A stretch of 64,000 nt of DNA from a virus: the IMG/VR virus record IMGVR_UViG_3300028920_000002, positions 32,001 through 96,000 of that record; one strand, written 5' to 3'. Made by a program: the position numbers and the translations under genes. How positions within the stretch are numbered: the stretch's first letter is position 1; every line of letters starts with the position of its first letter. The notes beneath the pieces were generated by a model. The model made no database searches. It had not been told where the DNA came from and saw nothing but the letters and a program-made list of their open reading frames with translations. Below are positions 44,245 to 53,364 of the stretch, piece after piece.

Positions 44245-44399
44245 GGCTAAAGGTTGGGGACTCGGTCTACCGGGACCCCTCGAATGAGATGGTAGGAAAG
44301 TGCCGGAAGTGTCTTCGCTACAGCCTGGTGGTGAAGACTGCACCAACTCAGCACGTGACAACGTCCCCCAACGGTTTCTGGAAGGTGCCGACGGAGTAG
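44130..44399 (+). CDS. Zn-ribbon microprotein
   Basis: CSHPGC...CRKC; overlaps the low-information tail of the previous gene. Confidence 0.6.
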   Translation: MSTPTTYNEKDGLEGEYDVQCSHPGCGWEAKLRLELGVGLKVGDSVYRDPSNEMVGKCRKCLRYSLVVKTAPTQHVTTSPNGFWKVPTE

Positions 44400-44725
44400 T
44401 CCGTCTGTACTACTCAGACAAGGTGGTGGGCACTGCCGAGGGCGTGCGGTCTTCACTACAACAACACACGAAACAATCGAGAGTGCGTTGGCGCCGATGG
44501 GACATCGAGCGCCTTCGCTTCGAGCACGGCTCGTCGATGCTGCGCATCCAGGGTGCGTCCCTGCAGCAGCTCATCGGCGACCGCTACATCGTCTTGCGGG
44601 GTGAGCTCACCCCCTTCTACGACCCGTGCCCAGCGGCCAAGAACCTCGTTCTCGCCGAGGTTCTTTCGATGCCCAAGGGCATGACTCACAAGGAGCTGTT
44701 CTTCCTGCTCCGACCGCGCGCTTGA
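44300..44725 (+). CDS. Hypothetical protein (start uncertain)
   Basis: Protein-like from about 44380 onward. Confidence 0.55.
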   Translation: MPEVSSLQPGGEDCTNSARDNVPQRFLEGADGVVRLYYSDKVVGTAEGVRSSLQQHTKQSRVRWRRWDIERLRFEHGSSMLRIQGASLQQLIGDRYIVLRGELTPFYDPCPAAKNLVLAEVLSMPKGMTHKELFFLLRPRA

Positions 44726-44736
44726 CGGCCGCGGTT

Positions 44737-44773
44737 TTCCTAGCTATCAGTTTGGGGTGTACAATGTACACCC
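44737..44773 (+). promoter_or_regulatory. Sigma70-like promoter overlapped by a perfect palindromic operator
   Basis: TTCCTA-17 nt-TACAAT; GGGTGTACA-A-TGTACACCC (44755-44773) covers the -10 box; RBS AGGAGG follows. Confidence 0.55.
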
Positions 44774-44785
44774 GCCAGGAGGCGT

Positions 44786-46150
44786 ATGGCTGACCAGAAA
44801 CCCACGACCCCGTTCTCCCCGCCGCTGCAGGACGTGGCACCGCGGGTAGGACTCACCCCGGCGCAGGCGGCTCAGCTGGCGGCCCAGCAGGCCGCTGTAG
44901 GGCAGGAGGCGTTCATCGACCCCAACATCACGGACCCCGCCGCGCTGGCCTACGCGGCCGGCGCAGCGGCCCGTAGGAGCGCCAAGGGCGCGCTGCCCAA
45001 GTACCAGACCCCGGTGGCCGACGGCCCCGGCCCCGCCATCCCTCCGCTCGAGCAGCCGCACCAGGAGGGCATGACGATGGAGCAGCAGGCGGCGATGTAC
45101 CGGCAGCACAACACCGCCCAACAGGCTGCCCAATTGGCCGGCCAGCCAAGAGGAGCAGGCTCCATCATCGAGTCCGGCGGGGCAGGTGTGGGGAGCATGG
45201 CGGCGGGCGCGCCGAAGCTGACCATGCCCACGCCCGCCCAGATAGGCATCCAGCCGGGCGACATGCTCCCGCCCGAGGCTCAGCAGGACCCGAACTTCCG
45301 CAAGGGTCAGGGGGCTCTGGTGGCCGCCAGTCAGCCAGACATGGCGTTGAAGTACGGGGTGGTACGCAACGGCATGCGCATCCCTCCCCAGGCCCTGCAG
45401 GCCAACGTAGGCCAGTACGGCGGCCCGTCGAGCGGTAATCGGCAGCTGAGCCAAGACAGCGTTCGAGACCTGCAAGCGTTGCAGGGACTGCAGGCTGCCC
45501 AGCAGACGCGCCCGGAGGGCATGCCGCGGGATGAGAAGGAGGCCGAGGAGCAAGCCGCCAAGAGCTCGGCAGCGGCCTCGGCGCACGCGGGGACACCGCC
45601 GAAGCCCGGCGAGGCTACCGACAAGGAGGTCGCTGCGGCCATCAGGGAGATGGACGACTTCGACTTCGACCAGCTGCGCCGCCAGCTGCAGGAAGATGCC
45701 ATCCGCAACCCGGAGCAGAAGCGCATCATCGAAGGGCGCCTCGAGCCTCTCGACATCGATGAAATCATCATGAAGGACCGGGTGAAGCAGAAGGTCCCCA
45801 TCATCCCGGGCCGGCTCGTCTACACCTTCCTCAGCATGACCGGTGATGACGACCTCGCACTCAAGCGCTTGCTGATGAAGGAAAGCAAGAGCGTCGAGGT
45901 GACCGACCAATACCTGCTGGAGAAGTTCTCCTTCATGGCAGTGGCCTGTGGGCTCTACGCCATCAACAACAACGTTCTCCCCTCGCACCTTGGAGACGAC
46001 GGCGAGTTCGACGACAAGAAGTTCTGGGAGAAGTTCCGTTGGGTGCTCAAGCGTCCTCTGCACATGCTGGGTAGCATCGGTGCCAACCACAGCTGGTTCG
46101 AGACCCGTGTGCGCAAGCTGTTCACGGCGGAGAAAGTGGGAAATGGTTGA
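44786..46150 (+). CDS. Tail assembly chaperone (gpG-like) with long Gln/Ala/Pro-rich N-terminal extension
   Basis: Ends in an in-frame G GGA AAT slippery heptamer; C-terminal alpha/beta domain (VKQKVPIIPGRLVYTF...); downstream ORF is in the -1 frame. Confidence 0.62.
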   Translation: MADQKPTTPFSPPLQDVAPRVGLTPAQAAQLAAQQAAVGQEAFIDPNITDPAALAYAAGAAARRSAKGALPKYQTPVADGPGPAIPPLEQPHQEGMTMEQQAAMYRQHNTAQQAAQLAGQPRGAGSIIESGGAGVGSMAAGAPKLTMPTPAQIGIQPGDMLPPEAQQDPNFRKGQGALVAASQPDMALKYGVVRNGMRIPPQALQANVGQYGGPSSGNRQLSQDSVRDLQALQGLQAAQQTRPEGMPRDEKEAEEQAAKSSAAASAHAGTPPKPGEATDKEVAAAIREMDDFDFDQLRRQLQEDAIRNPEQKRIIEGRLEPLDIDEIIMKDRVKQKVPIIPGRLVYTFLSMTGDDDLALKRLLMKESKSVEVTDQYLLEKFSFMAVACGLYAINNNVLPSHLGDDGEFDDKKFWEKFRWVLKRPLHMLGSIGANHSWFETRVRKLFTAEKVGNG

Positions 46151-46167
46151 CCACTCCCGAAGGGTGG
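46138..46167 (+). other. Programmed -1 ribosomal frameshift signal
   Basis: G GGA AAT at 46138-46144 in the correct phase; 6-bp hairpin 46151-46167 six nt downstream; -1 frame open (GKWLTTPEGW). Confidence 0.72.
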
Positions 46168-46572
46168 GCTCGAGCGAATCTTCTGCTCAAGTCCATGCAA
46201 GCGCCACCCCCAAAGGGGTCGCTTCGGGAGTGGGTACTCATCCTGCTGGTCGGCAAGCTCGAGGACATCGAGCACGCCAGATTCAGGGCGCTTGCTCAGC
46301 TCATCATCGACAAGGAAACCGGCGTCAAGGCGTTCGAGGAGTACATGGACATCGCCTTCCCGAGCCTGGCCGCACGCAAGAAGAAGCAGCATGAGGAAGT
46401 GCTCGAGATTCTGCACAAGGAGGTTGGCAAGACTGCGCTGAAGGTTACACCACTGGCCACACCCAAGATGCGAAGCCGCATGCAGCAGCAGCGGGTCACA
46501 GCACAACGGGCTGACGAGCAAACGCAGCGCAAGTACAGCAAAGCCAGCGTCTCACCATGGAAGCGAATGTAA
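46147..46572 (+). CDS. gpT-like C-terminal part of the frameshifted chaperone
   Basis: -1 frame relative to 44786; only a TTG start with no well-spaced RBS. Confidence 0.62.
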   Translation: MTTPEGWARANLLLKSMQAPPPKGSLREWVLILLVGKLEDIEHARFRALAQLIIDKETGVKAFEEYMDIAFPSLAARKKKQHEEVLEILHKEVGKTALKVTPLATPKMRSRMQQQRVTAQRADEQTQRKYSKASVSPWKRM

Positions 46573-46958
46573 AGACCGTCTACTTCTGCCCAGAGTGCGG
46601 CAGCGCCTCCCTGGACCTGTCCGAAATCATCGGTGGTCTGTCCCGCTGCAAAGCGTGTGCGTGGGAGGGGCACAACAGCCAGCTCGTAGCTACGCCCATC
46701 CCAGCCGAGCTCGAGGGCGACGAGCGCACCTTCATGGAGATGATTGCCGACCTCAGAAAGCTGCTGGGCTACAACGCCAAGGAGTATGGGTCATTCCTGG
46801 TCAAGTACGGCTTCGCGGAGTTGAAGCAGAGCAGGAAGGGAGTTGTGCTCAACCCCAAGCAGATGGCTCGCTACATGTCTGCCATCGGTCGGGCCATGCT
46901 CCTATCGCTCATCGAGGAGCGCTCGGCGATGGAGAAGGAGAGACACAGTGCCAGTTAG
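46557..46958 (+). CDS. Zn-ribbon protein
   Basis: CPECG...CKACAW. Confidence 0.72.
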   Translation: MEANVKTVYFCPECGSASLDLSEIIGGLSRCKACAWEGHNSQLVATPIPAELEGDERTFMEMIADLRKLLGYNAKEYGSFLVKYGFAELKQSRKGVVLNPKQMARYMSAIGRAMLLSLIEERSAMEKERHSAS

Positions 46959-47328
46959 CGAACTACCTCCGTCAGGCGATGAGATTCTCTTTCACCCAGA
47001 TGTGGTGGATGAGCCCGAGGAAGAGTCGGAAGTAGGGGTCAATCAGCTGTATTGCTTCTTGGATGAGACCAGGCTGTGCAACGCGGCTTGTGTGGCCTGG
47101 AAGACTCACCCAAAAGAGAGCCAGCGCAGCGAGCTCTCCGAGTTTCAGACGCATTGCGTCCTGCTCCACAACGTGGAGCGGCTGGGGCGAAACGTGACCA
47201 TCGCCGCCTCTGCTCTATCCAGTAGCGTGACCCGAGAGAAGACCCGAGAGGCGGATGAACGACGCAAAGCTCAGTTCAATCCAACGTCTCAGACACCAAC
47301 GTCTCCATTTCCGGGGGGCAAGCCATGA
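46948..47328 (+). CDS. Cys4 protein with coiled coil
   Basis: Start reassigned to GTG 46948 with RBS AGGAG; YCFL...CNAAC...HC. Confidence 0.65.
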   Translation: MPVSELPPSGDEILFHPDVVDEPEEESEVGVNQLYCFLDETRLCNAACVAWKTHPKESQRSELSEFQTHCVLLHNVERLGRNVTIAASALSSSVTREKTREADERRKAQFNPTSQTPTSPFPGGKP

Positions 47329-48011
47329 TTCAAGCCAACATCATCGCCGTCGACCAGAGTCTGGAGCTCGCTTCGGGTCTCACCAAGAACTTCCTCGTGC
47401 TGCAGCTTGCCAACGGAGCCTTCGTTCGCGCGGAGGTCGATGAACAAGCTACGAGGGCGGTGCTCCAGCAAGTCGTGGGCGACGACGAGGAGTTGGGAGA
47501 GGTCACTCCTGCAGCCGCTGGTGCGAAGACCGTGGACATCTCTCCGCCTCCCACGCCGCCGGCGGGCATCAATGTTACGGCGGCGCCTGAGCAGCTGGTG
47601 TCGTGGGATGAACTTCCCGAGGATGTGCTCAGCGAGCACATGAAGCGGGCGCTCGAGATGCTCAATGCCCCGGCAGAGATGCCCTTCGAGCAGCTCAGCG
47701 GTCTGGTGAAGCAGATTCAGGACAGCTTCACACCGGACGACTGGATTGCTGTGGGTGTGAGCCCTGGTGCCATCGAAGGGCCACGCCCACCTCAGCCTGC
47801 AGCTCCTCAGCCGGCACCGCAGCCGCAGCAACCCGCGGTCGGAGAGATTCAGTGGGCGGATGGCAGTCCCATCGTACCCGGCATGGGGCGGGTAGCACGC
47901 ACGGTGCCCAAAGACGACATGGGCTACCCCATCGTAGGGGGTAGTGATGTCGACCCCGGTGAAGTGGTCGGCGGCCTCGACCAGGACGAAGACGGCATAG
48001 GGCAGATGTGA
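47325..48011 (+). CDS. Hypothetical acidic, Pro-rich protein
   Basis: ATGA coupling, 228 aa. Confidence 0.72.
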   Translation: MIQANIIAVDQSLELASGLTKNFLVLQLANGAFVRAEVDEQATRAVLQQVVGDDEELGEVTPAAAGAKTVDISPPPTPPAGINVTAAPEQLVSWDELPEDVLSEHMKRALEMLNAPAEMPFEQLSGLVKQIQDSFTPDDWIAVGVSPGAIEGPRPPQPAAPQPAPQPQQPAVGEIQWADGSPIVPGMGRVARTVPKDDMGYPIVGGSDVDPGEVVGGLDQDEDGIGQM

Positions 48012-48469
48012 TTTTCATCAGCTGTACAGAGTGCGGCTTCACTGTTCGTGTCTTCGGCAGCGACGACGCGGAGATGGAGAACTTGGTCGGTCCTGGCAGC
48101 GACTGGTACCCGGACAAGTTCCCCTGCCCCAAGTGCGAAGGCTCGGCGGCCATCACCTCTATCGAGGGCAAGATGCTCCCCAACCTGAAGGTCATTGACC
48201 TCAACCCGCAGGAGGCATTCGTGGCCTTCTCGGGTGGAGGTCTACCGCCAGAGTGGGATTGTACGGTCACCTCTGTGCAGAACGTCTTGGTCAACTCGAC
48301 TATCGAGTCGGTGAGCCTGCGCCCCATCGCCGGCACTAAGCGTTGTTGTTTGGACTCCATCACGCTTCGGGGAGGGATGCGCGTCTACCTGGCCTCGAGC
48401 GTACACGGCGCGGCGGTCTACCGGATTGCTGGTCCGCACAGCTACACCAAGGAGGCGGTCGGTGAGTGA
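48008..48469 (+). CDS. Zn-ribbon protein
   Basis: GTGA coupling; CTECG...CPKCEG. Confidence 0.72.
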   Translation: MIFISCTECGFTVRVFGSDDAEMENLVGPGSDWYPDKFPCPKCEGSAAITSIEGKMLPNLKVIDLNPQEAFVAFSGGGLPPEWDCTVTSVQNVLVNSTIESVSLRPIAGTKRCCLDSITLRGGMRVYLASSVHGAAVYRIAGPHSYTKEAVGE

Positions 48470-49277
48470 GACCATCACCATGCGCTACCGACGGGGGCAT
48501 GCGCTCGTGGACAACATCCACTTGTTCACTGGGACCATCCAAGTCACCAGTGATAATCCTATGGACCCGGAGACCGATAATCCGTTCGTAGGACTGAAGT
48601 TCTCACAGATGATGTCTCGGTTGGCACGCGTACTACGAGACCTACCGGACGCTCGAGTGGTGCTGCAGCGCACGGACAATCCGGGACTGCGCGCTGTTCA
48701 GTTGGGTGAGGAGACGCGCGTGCTACTTCGGGACGACCCCGCTGCCGCCATCCGCGCGATGACTCCTCAGGTAGGGCAGCCTGTCCAGCCAGAGGAATCT
48801 GACTTCACCCAGCGCTTCATGGTGGGGCGTACGCGCTGTCTGCGCTCCGGCCATGAGACGTTGGCGGACGCGTTTGGTGAGGAGCTCTACCTCACCATGA
48901 AGTCTGGGCTCATCCAAGACCCGGAGAGTGGACACTGGCTCTCCCTGGGGTTTCATATGAAGAGCGGCAGCTTCAGCATCCGCAAGGATGGGTCGAACAA
49001 GTCGTCGGAGTGGCTGCCCATCGAGCTGGTGGGTGGCCCCCAAGGCGGTTTTGATAGCCCTGAGTTTGCCACCGGTCTGGCTCAGGTGCGATGGGCCAAG
49101 GTCAAGACGGCAGTGCTACTCAAGCGCAGCTGCAAGAAGTTCTACCTCCCACGAGAGTGGAACACGTCGGACAAGCGACCGTGGATTCCGCATGAGGAGC
49201 TACGGCAGAAGTACCAGGACTACCTGGAGCAGAAGGAGAAGGTGACATGCCTCAAGGATTCGGAGGACGCCAAGTAG
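48462..49277 (+). CDS. Hypothetical protein
   Basis: Start reassigned to GTG 48462 with RBS AGGAGG. Confidence 0.68.
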   Translation: MSETITMRYRRGHALVDNIHLFTGTIQVTSDNPMDPETDNPFVGLKFSQMMSRLARVLRDLPDARVVLQRTDNPGLRAVQLGEETRVLLRDDPAAAIRAMTPQVGQPVQPEESDFTQRFMVGRTRCLRSGHETLADAFGEELYLTMKSGLIQDPESGHWLSLGFHMKSGSFSIRKDGSNKSSEWLPIELVGGPQGGFDSPEFATGLAQVRWAKVKTAVLLKRSCKKFYLPREWNTSDKRPWIPHEELRQKYQDYLEQKEKVTCLKDSEDAK

Positions 49278-49636
49278 GAGTACAGGTTCCCGTCGACCAG
49301 AAGGTCGAGCCGGAGTTCGGCGCGCCCAACAAGGTCATCGACGTCATCCCCTTGGATAACGTGGCGGTGCGCTACACCGATGGTACTGGCCGTGTACACC
49401 GAGAGGTGTGGATGCTCGGCAAGGACGGCACTGCCTACAAGCACCCTGATGCGGAGCAGTGGTCCGGCCAGCTGCGCACCATCAAGGGTGTTCTCCTCGA
49501 GCAGCTGGTGAACAAGGTGAAGACGGTCGCTGCACCCGATGCCGACATCCCAGAGGAGGATGCAGTCGACGTGGTCAGCGCCGAGGTGGCCGAGGAAGCT
49601 CCGGCAGAGGGTCCCAAGCAGGAAGTCCAGGTGTGA
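49247..49636 (+). CDS. Hypothetical protein
   Basis: RBS AGGAG, 129 aa. Confidence 0.65.
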   Translation: MPQGFGGRQVGVQVPVDQKVEPEFGAPNKVIDVIPLDNVAVRYTDGTGRVHREVWMLGKDGTAYKHPDAEQWSGQLRTIKGVLLEQLVNKVKTVAAPDADIPEEDAVDVVSAEVAEEAPAEGPKQEVQV

Positions 49637-49965
49637 ACTTCCGCCCACTAGGTGACCGGTTGCTCGTCAAACTCGAGCCCGAGAAGAAGCCGAGCGGCCT
49701 CATCGTACAGCTGGGGCCGCAGCCGGTGCGCACTGCCAAAGTCGTGCGCGTTGGGCCTGGCAAGAGCTGGGCTCCTCCCACAGGAGGCAAGATGGTTTTC
49801 TGGGAGACGCAGGTGAAGCCAGGAGAGCGCGTTGCCTTCTTCAAGGCCGCCGTGGATACCGCCCAGGGCCAAGCCGTCACAGACATCCTGGGTGAGGACT
49901 ACGCGCTCATCAGTGAGACGGATGTGCTGTTCATCGTGGAGGACGAGGTGGAGGTGTCGGTATGA
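49633..49965 (+). CDS. groES: Co-chaperonin GroES/Cpn10
   Basis: Start at GTG 49633 (GTGA coupling); FRPLGDRLLVK, SGLIV mobile loop, VVRVGPG, VKPGERV, GEDYALISETDVL. Confidence 0.9.
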   Translation: MNFRPLGDRLLVKLEPEKKPSGLIVQLGPQPVRTAKVVRVGPGKSWAPPTGGKMVFWETQVKPGERVAFFKAAVDTAQGQAVTDILGEDYALISETDVLFIVEDEVEVSV

Positions 49966-50330
49966 CGATGAAGGAATGCCAACCGCCGGATTTGAAGGAT
50001 TGCTTCCCCGGCCGGGAGCCAGGTGACATCTTCACGGAGGGTCGGGTCCATGAGCCGCAGGACGCGCCAGTAGTCGAGAGCGCCATCCGCCTGGCGGCCG
50101 GGGATGAAATCGCAGCCCGCTTCCTGTCCGCGGCCAAGGACCGGCGGGTCACGCCCGCCAAGCTGCTGCAGATAGCGCTGCAGGACTTCCTGACGGAGGA
50201 GCTAGCGCGCCCGGGTAGCGAGCGGGACGAGGAGGTCAACGCCTGCCCCGAAGAGGGGCAGCCCATGGTGGTGGAAGCCGAGCTGGCTTCCTACAAGCGC
50301 GCCCGCCAGAAGGAGGGGAAGTGCGAGTAG
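49962..50330 (+). CDS. Hypothetical protein (possible RHH-like core)
   Basis: ATGA coupling; RVTPAKLLQIALQDFL. Confidence 0.6.
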   Translation: MTMKECQPPDLKDCFPGREPGDIFTEGRVHEPQDAPVVESAIRLAAGDEIAARFLSAAKDRRVTPAKLLQIALQDFLTEELARPGSERDEEVNACPEEGQPMVVEAELASYKRARQKEGKCE

Positions 50331-50590
50331 TTACCCACCCAGCACCTGGCGTTGTCGAGGTCAACTACATGTGGCTACCCGCCTGGATTGGCCTGAATCC
50401 AGTCGTCATGAAGGAGTTGGGTGACGCCTTGAAGCAGAAGGTGGAGGGCAAGGAGCTCAGCGAGGATGTGCTCGACGAGGTGCACGGCATGGTCGTCGAG
50501 TGGCTGGCTGGGCGATTCGCCGCTGTGAAGGGCCTAAAGGAGCATCTCGACCACCTCTCCGAAGTGGATATCGAGTCCGATGAAGAATGA
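50321..50590 (+). CDS. Small hypothetical protein
   Basis: GTG start with RBS AGGAGG. Confidence 0.68.
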   Translation: MRVVTHPAPGVVEVNYMWLPAWIGLNPVVMKELGDALKQKVEGKELSEDVLDEVHGMVVEWLAGRFAAVKGLKEHLDHLSEVDIESDEE

Positions 50591-50750
50591 CCGCACCTAC
50601 ATCCGTATCGATGCCAACCTCAAGAAGTGGGCGCAGGCGTACGCCAAGCGCAGGCACACCACTCTCTCAGAGCTCTTCACCCGCTTCCTGACCAACCTTC
50701 GGGAGCGCGAGAAGGAAAACAAGAACCCAACGGATGCACCGCAAATCTAA
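50580..50750 (+). CDS. Ribbon-helix-helix (CopG-like) regulator, 56 aa (not in the ORF track)
   Basis: MKNDRTYIRIDANLKKWAQAYAKRRHTTLSELFTRFL; TAATG coupling to the next gene. Confidence 0.75.
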   Translation: MKNDRTYIRIDANLKKWAQAYAKRRHTTLSELFTRFLTNLREREKENKNPTDAPQI

Positions 50751-51328
50751 TGGAGTACGAGGAGGTCAAGGACACCATCCAGGTGCCGGCGAACACCGGC
50801 ATCGAGGGGTTCCTGCACACCATCAGGGAGATTCTCCGCCGCTCAGGTGTGCAGAGCATCAACATAGATGCACGCGGTATGGTGTCCTACCGACGCTTCA
50901 TCCCCAAGACCAAGGATGGCGCCGACCTGCGCAACATCGGAGTGAGCTTCGAGGAGCTACAGCCCAGCGGCATAGTACGCAATGCGAACGTCGAAGAGGT
51001 GCAGCTCTACGACAACGTCAATGCCTCTGTGGTGGTGGGTGCTCTCTGCGATATGGCTCGGACCATCCGCTTGAACCCAACTGCATTCGTCAGCGGTGCG
51101 GACACCGTGTTCTGGGAGTGGCATCGGGCCACTACAGGGGTGAGTCTGCGAAGTCGCGACCATCTGTATGGTCTCCCCTTCCTGACCGACCGACTGATTC
51201 CCGACACGGCGTTGCTGCTGTGCGCGGGATACGGCAGGGACGCTTCCTTCGCCGACACACGACAGGTCTACAAGGTGGAGATGCCCTCCGCTGAACTACC
51301 GAACTCCGATGTGGAGGTAATACCATGA
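50750..51328 (+). CDS. Hypothetical protein
   Basis: Start reassigned to ATG 50750. Confidence 0.7.
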   Translation: MEYEEVKDTIQVPANTGIEGFLHTIREILRRSGVQSINIDARGMVSYRRFIPKTKDGADLRNIGVSFEELQPSGIVRNANVEEVQLYDNVNASVVVGALCDMARTIRLNPTAFVSGADTVFWEWHRATTGVSLRSRDHLYGLPFLTDRLIPDTALLLCAGYGRDASFADTRQVYKVEMPSAELPNSDVEVIP

Positions 51329-51816
51329 GACCAGTGGCCAAAGCAGTTATCCGTGCCGGCCTCGTCCCACCGGACGTGCTTGCTCAAATGCAGAAGTGGG
51401 GTGTGGACGTAGAGCCTGTGCCGGAAGACCAGATTCTGGATAGCCCAGACAAGATTGTCGCTCACATCCAGGAGGCGCTGGAAAGCAAGGCGCAGGTGGA
51501 AATCACCGAGACCGACCTCGACATTCTGCATCGCTACCTGGACTCAGCCAAGCAGAAGCAGGGCCGCCTGCATCTGCGTGATGGCGAGGACAAGACGGTG
51601 GCCAAGGTGAGCTTCTGCGTCACGCAGATGGGCGACTTCGCCATACCCTGGCTCGATGAGGCCAACCCCGACATGTTCATCAACGGGGAGTCGTTCCTCC
51701 GCTACAAGGAGGGTGACGAGAGCCGGGATGTGTACTTCATCGATATGCGGGAGCTGCACTTCGGCGACCGCAAGGCATTCGTCGTCTGCACTCCTGGGGC
51801 GTCGAAGGAGGAGTGA
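51325..51816 (+). CDS. Hypothetical protein
   Basis: ATGA coupling, 163 aa. Confidence 0.72.
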   Translation: MRPVAKAVIRAGLVPPDVLAQMQKWGVDVEPVPEDQILDSPDKIVAHIQEALESKAQVEITETDLDILHRYLDSAKQKQGRLHLRDGEDKTVAKVSFCVTQMGDFAIPWLDEANPDMFINGESFLRYKEGDESRDVYFIDMRELHFGDRKAFVVCTPGASKEE

Positions 51817-51817
51817 G

Positions 51818-52282
51818 ATGTCTGAACAGGTAGCTGAGCTCTACCGAGCGTTGAAGCAGCGAATCGGTTACGAGGTGGTCAAGGAGCAGGTGACCAACAG
51901 CCAGATTCGTGTCATCGGCAGAGTTCCTCAGCAGCTGACGCGCAACTGGATTGTGGTCATGCATCACCTGCTGCTGGGGGAGAATGCCGCTCCTTGGAGC
52001 CTGGATGTCTCGAAGCAGTACTTCCTGCGCGGAGGTCAGGTGGTGTGGGGTTGGCGACTCATCTTCCAGGCAAGCAGCATCGAGGACCACATACCCGGCA
52101 TCATTCAGCTGCTGGGTAGTGCTCCAAAGGCCAAGTTCATGGTGGAGGAGCAGCGGCTGCCTGGTGTGCGCGGTCAGCGCGTGACCATGAACGACAGAGG
52201 CAAGGGTGCTTCGGGCGTGCTCAAGAGCCAAGCCGGTCCTCAAGCGGTGAAGCACGCTCAGCGCGTAGCTCGAGGTGCATGA
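51818..52282 (+). CDS. Hypothetical protein
   Basis: Start reassigned to ATG 51818 with RBS AGGAGG. Confidence 0.7.
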   Translation: MSEQVAELYRALKQRIGYEVVKEQVTNSQIRVIGRVPQQLTRNWIVVMHHLLLGENAAPWSLDVSKQYFLRGGQVVWGWRLIFQASSIEDHIPGIIQLLGSAPKAKFMVEEQRLPGVRGQRVTMNDRGKGASGVLKSQAGPQAVKHAQRVARGA

Positions 52283-52974
52283 TGCCAGGCACGGTCAGCA
52301 AAGAGCCGGTACAGTACGTCGACCCTGCGCTTCAGGAGGAGCAGAAGATTGCCACCGAGCTCCCAGAGGAGGAGCTGGAGGCCATCAAGTCTCGGATGAA
52401 GGCGCTCGATGAGCTCCTCGGCGAGAAGGGGCTGGCGAAGTACAAACTCGAAGTGATGTTCGGCAAGGACCACTCACTGCGCAAGCCGACCGGGGGCATG
52501 GTGAGTTTCTGGGAGAGTGGCAACAAGCTGCACGGTGGCGGGGACTCCAAACTCTACGTCTGCGATTCCATGGACCCCAAGAAGACCAAAGGGCCGGGCT
52601 GCGGTGCCTTCATCCCGGACAGCGCCAACGGGTTGAACTTCATCGTGTGCCCTGCCTGCGGCAAGATGTGGAAGAACGACCACATCACCGGCGAGTACTT
52701 CTACAAGCTCCCCATTCAGAGCTGGGCGGATGTACTACTCAAGTGGTTTCTGAAGCTGGAGATGAATGCCGACATCCGGGTGAAGTACCACAAGGACGAC
52801 ATCCGCAATGCGGCTGCGATTGAGCAAGAGAAGGAGAAGCGAGGAGAGGTTCTAGGCAAGGCTCGTAGTTTCGCTCAGCGTCCGTGCTACATTTATCCCC
52901 TGCGCAACATTATCAAGGACACGTCCGCCGGTGCCGATTTGCGCGGGCGGATTCTCGCGTTTCTGACGGCTTGA
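52279..52974 (+). CDS. Zn-binding hypothetical protein
   Basis: YVC...GCG...CPACG. Confidence 0.72.
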   Translation: MMPGTVSKEPVQYVDPALQEEQKIATELPEEELEAIKSRMKALDELLGEKGLAKYKLEVMFGKDHSLRKPTGGMVSFWESGNKLHGGGDSKLYVCDSMDPKKTKGPGCGAFIPDSANGLNFIVCPACGKMWKNDHITGEYFYKLPIQSWADVLLKWFLKLEMNADIRVKYHKDDIRNAAAIEQEKEKRGEVLGKARSFAQRPCYIYPLRNIIKDTSAGADLRGRILAFLTA

Positions 52975-52977
52975 GCC

Positions 52978-53364
52978 ATGACCCTCCGAACCAACCCCGC
53001 CTACGCCCACATCGCCTATCGCAAGGCCATCCTCGGGCGCACGATTCAGTTCCTCTCCGACAACTTCCTGGCTCTCAGCGCGGATGAGCCCAAGGACGTC
53101 ATCCTCTGTGAAGACGTCTTCCGAGAAGACAGTGAGGTGGACATCCGTTCCATCGAAGAGTACATCGAGGAGCTGCAGCAGGAAGAAGAGTCGCTGCGGT
53201 TGGAGCTTGCGAAGTTCGACTTCGTGAAAAAGGATGAGCATGAAGGGTTCAGAGGCAAGAAGAAAGAAGCGGGTGGAGCGCCAGGCCAGCAAGCGGGTGC
53301 AGAAGAAGGTCGTAAAGGCGGCCGGTCCCGGAAGCGTGCCGGCGGACGTCAGGCAAGTTCGTAG
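52978..53364 (+). CDS. Hypothetical coiled-coil protein
   Basis: First ~90 aa well biased; tail overlaps the next gene. Confidence 0.65.
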   Translation: MTLRTNPAYAHIAYRKAILGRTIQFLSDNFLALSADEPKDVILCEDVFREDSEVDIRSIEEYIEELQQEEESLRLELAKFDFVKKDEHEGFRGKKKEAGGAPGQQAGAEEGRKGGRSRKRAGGRQASS

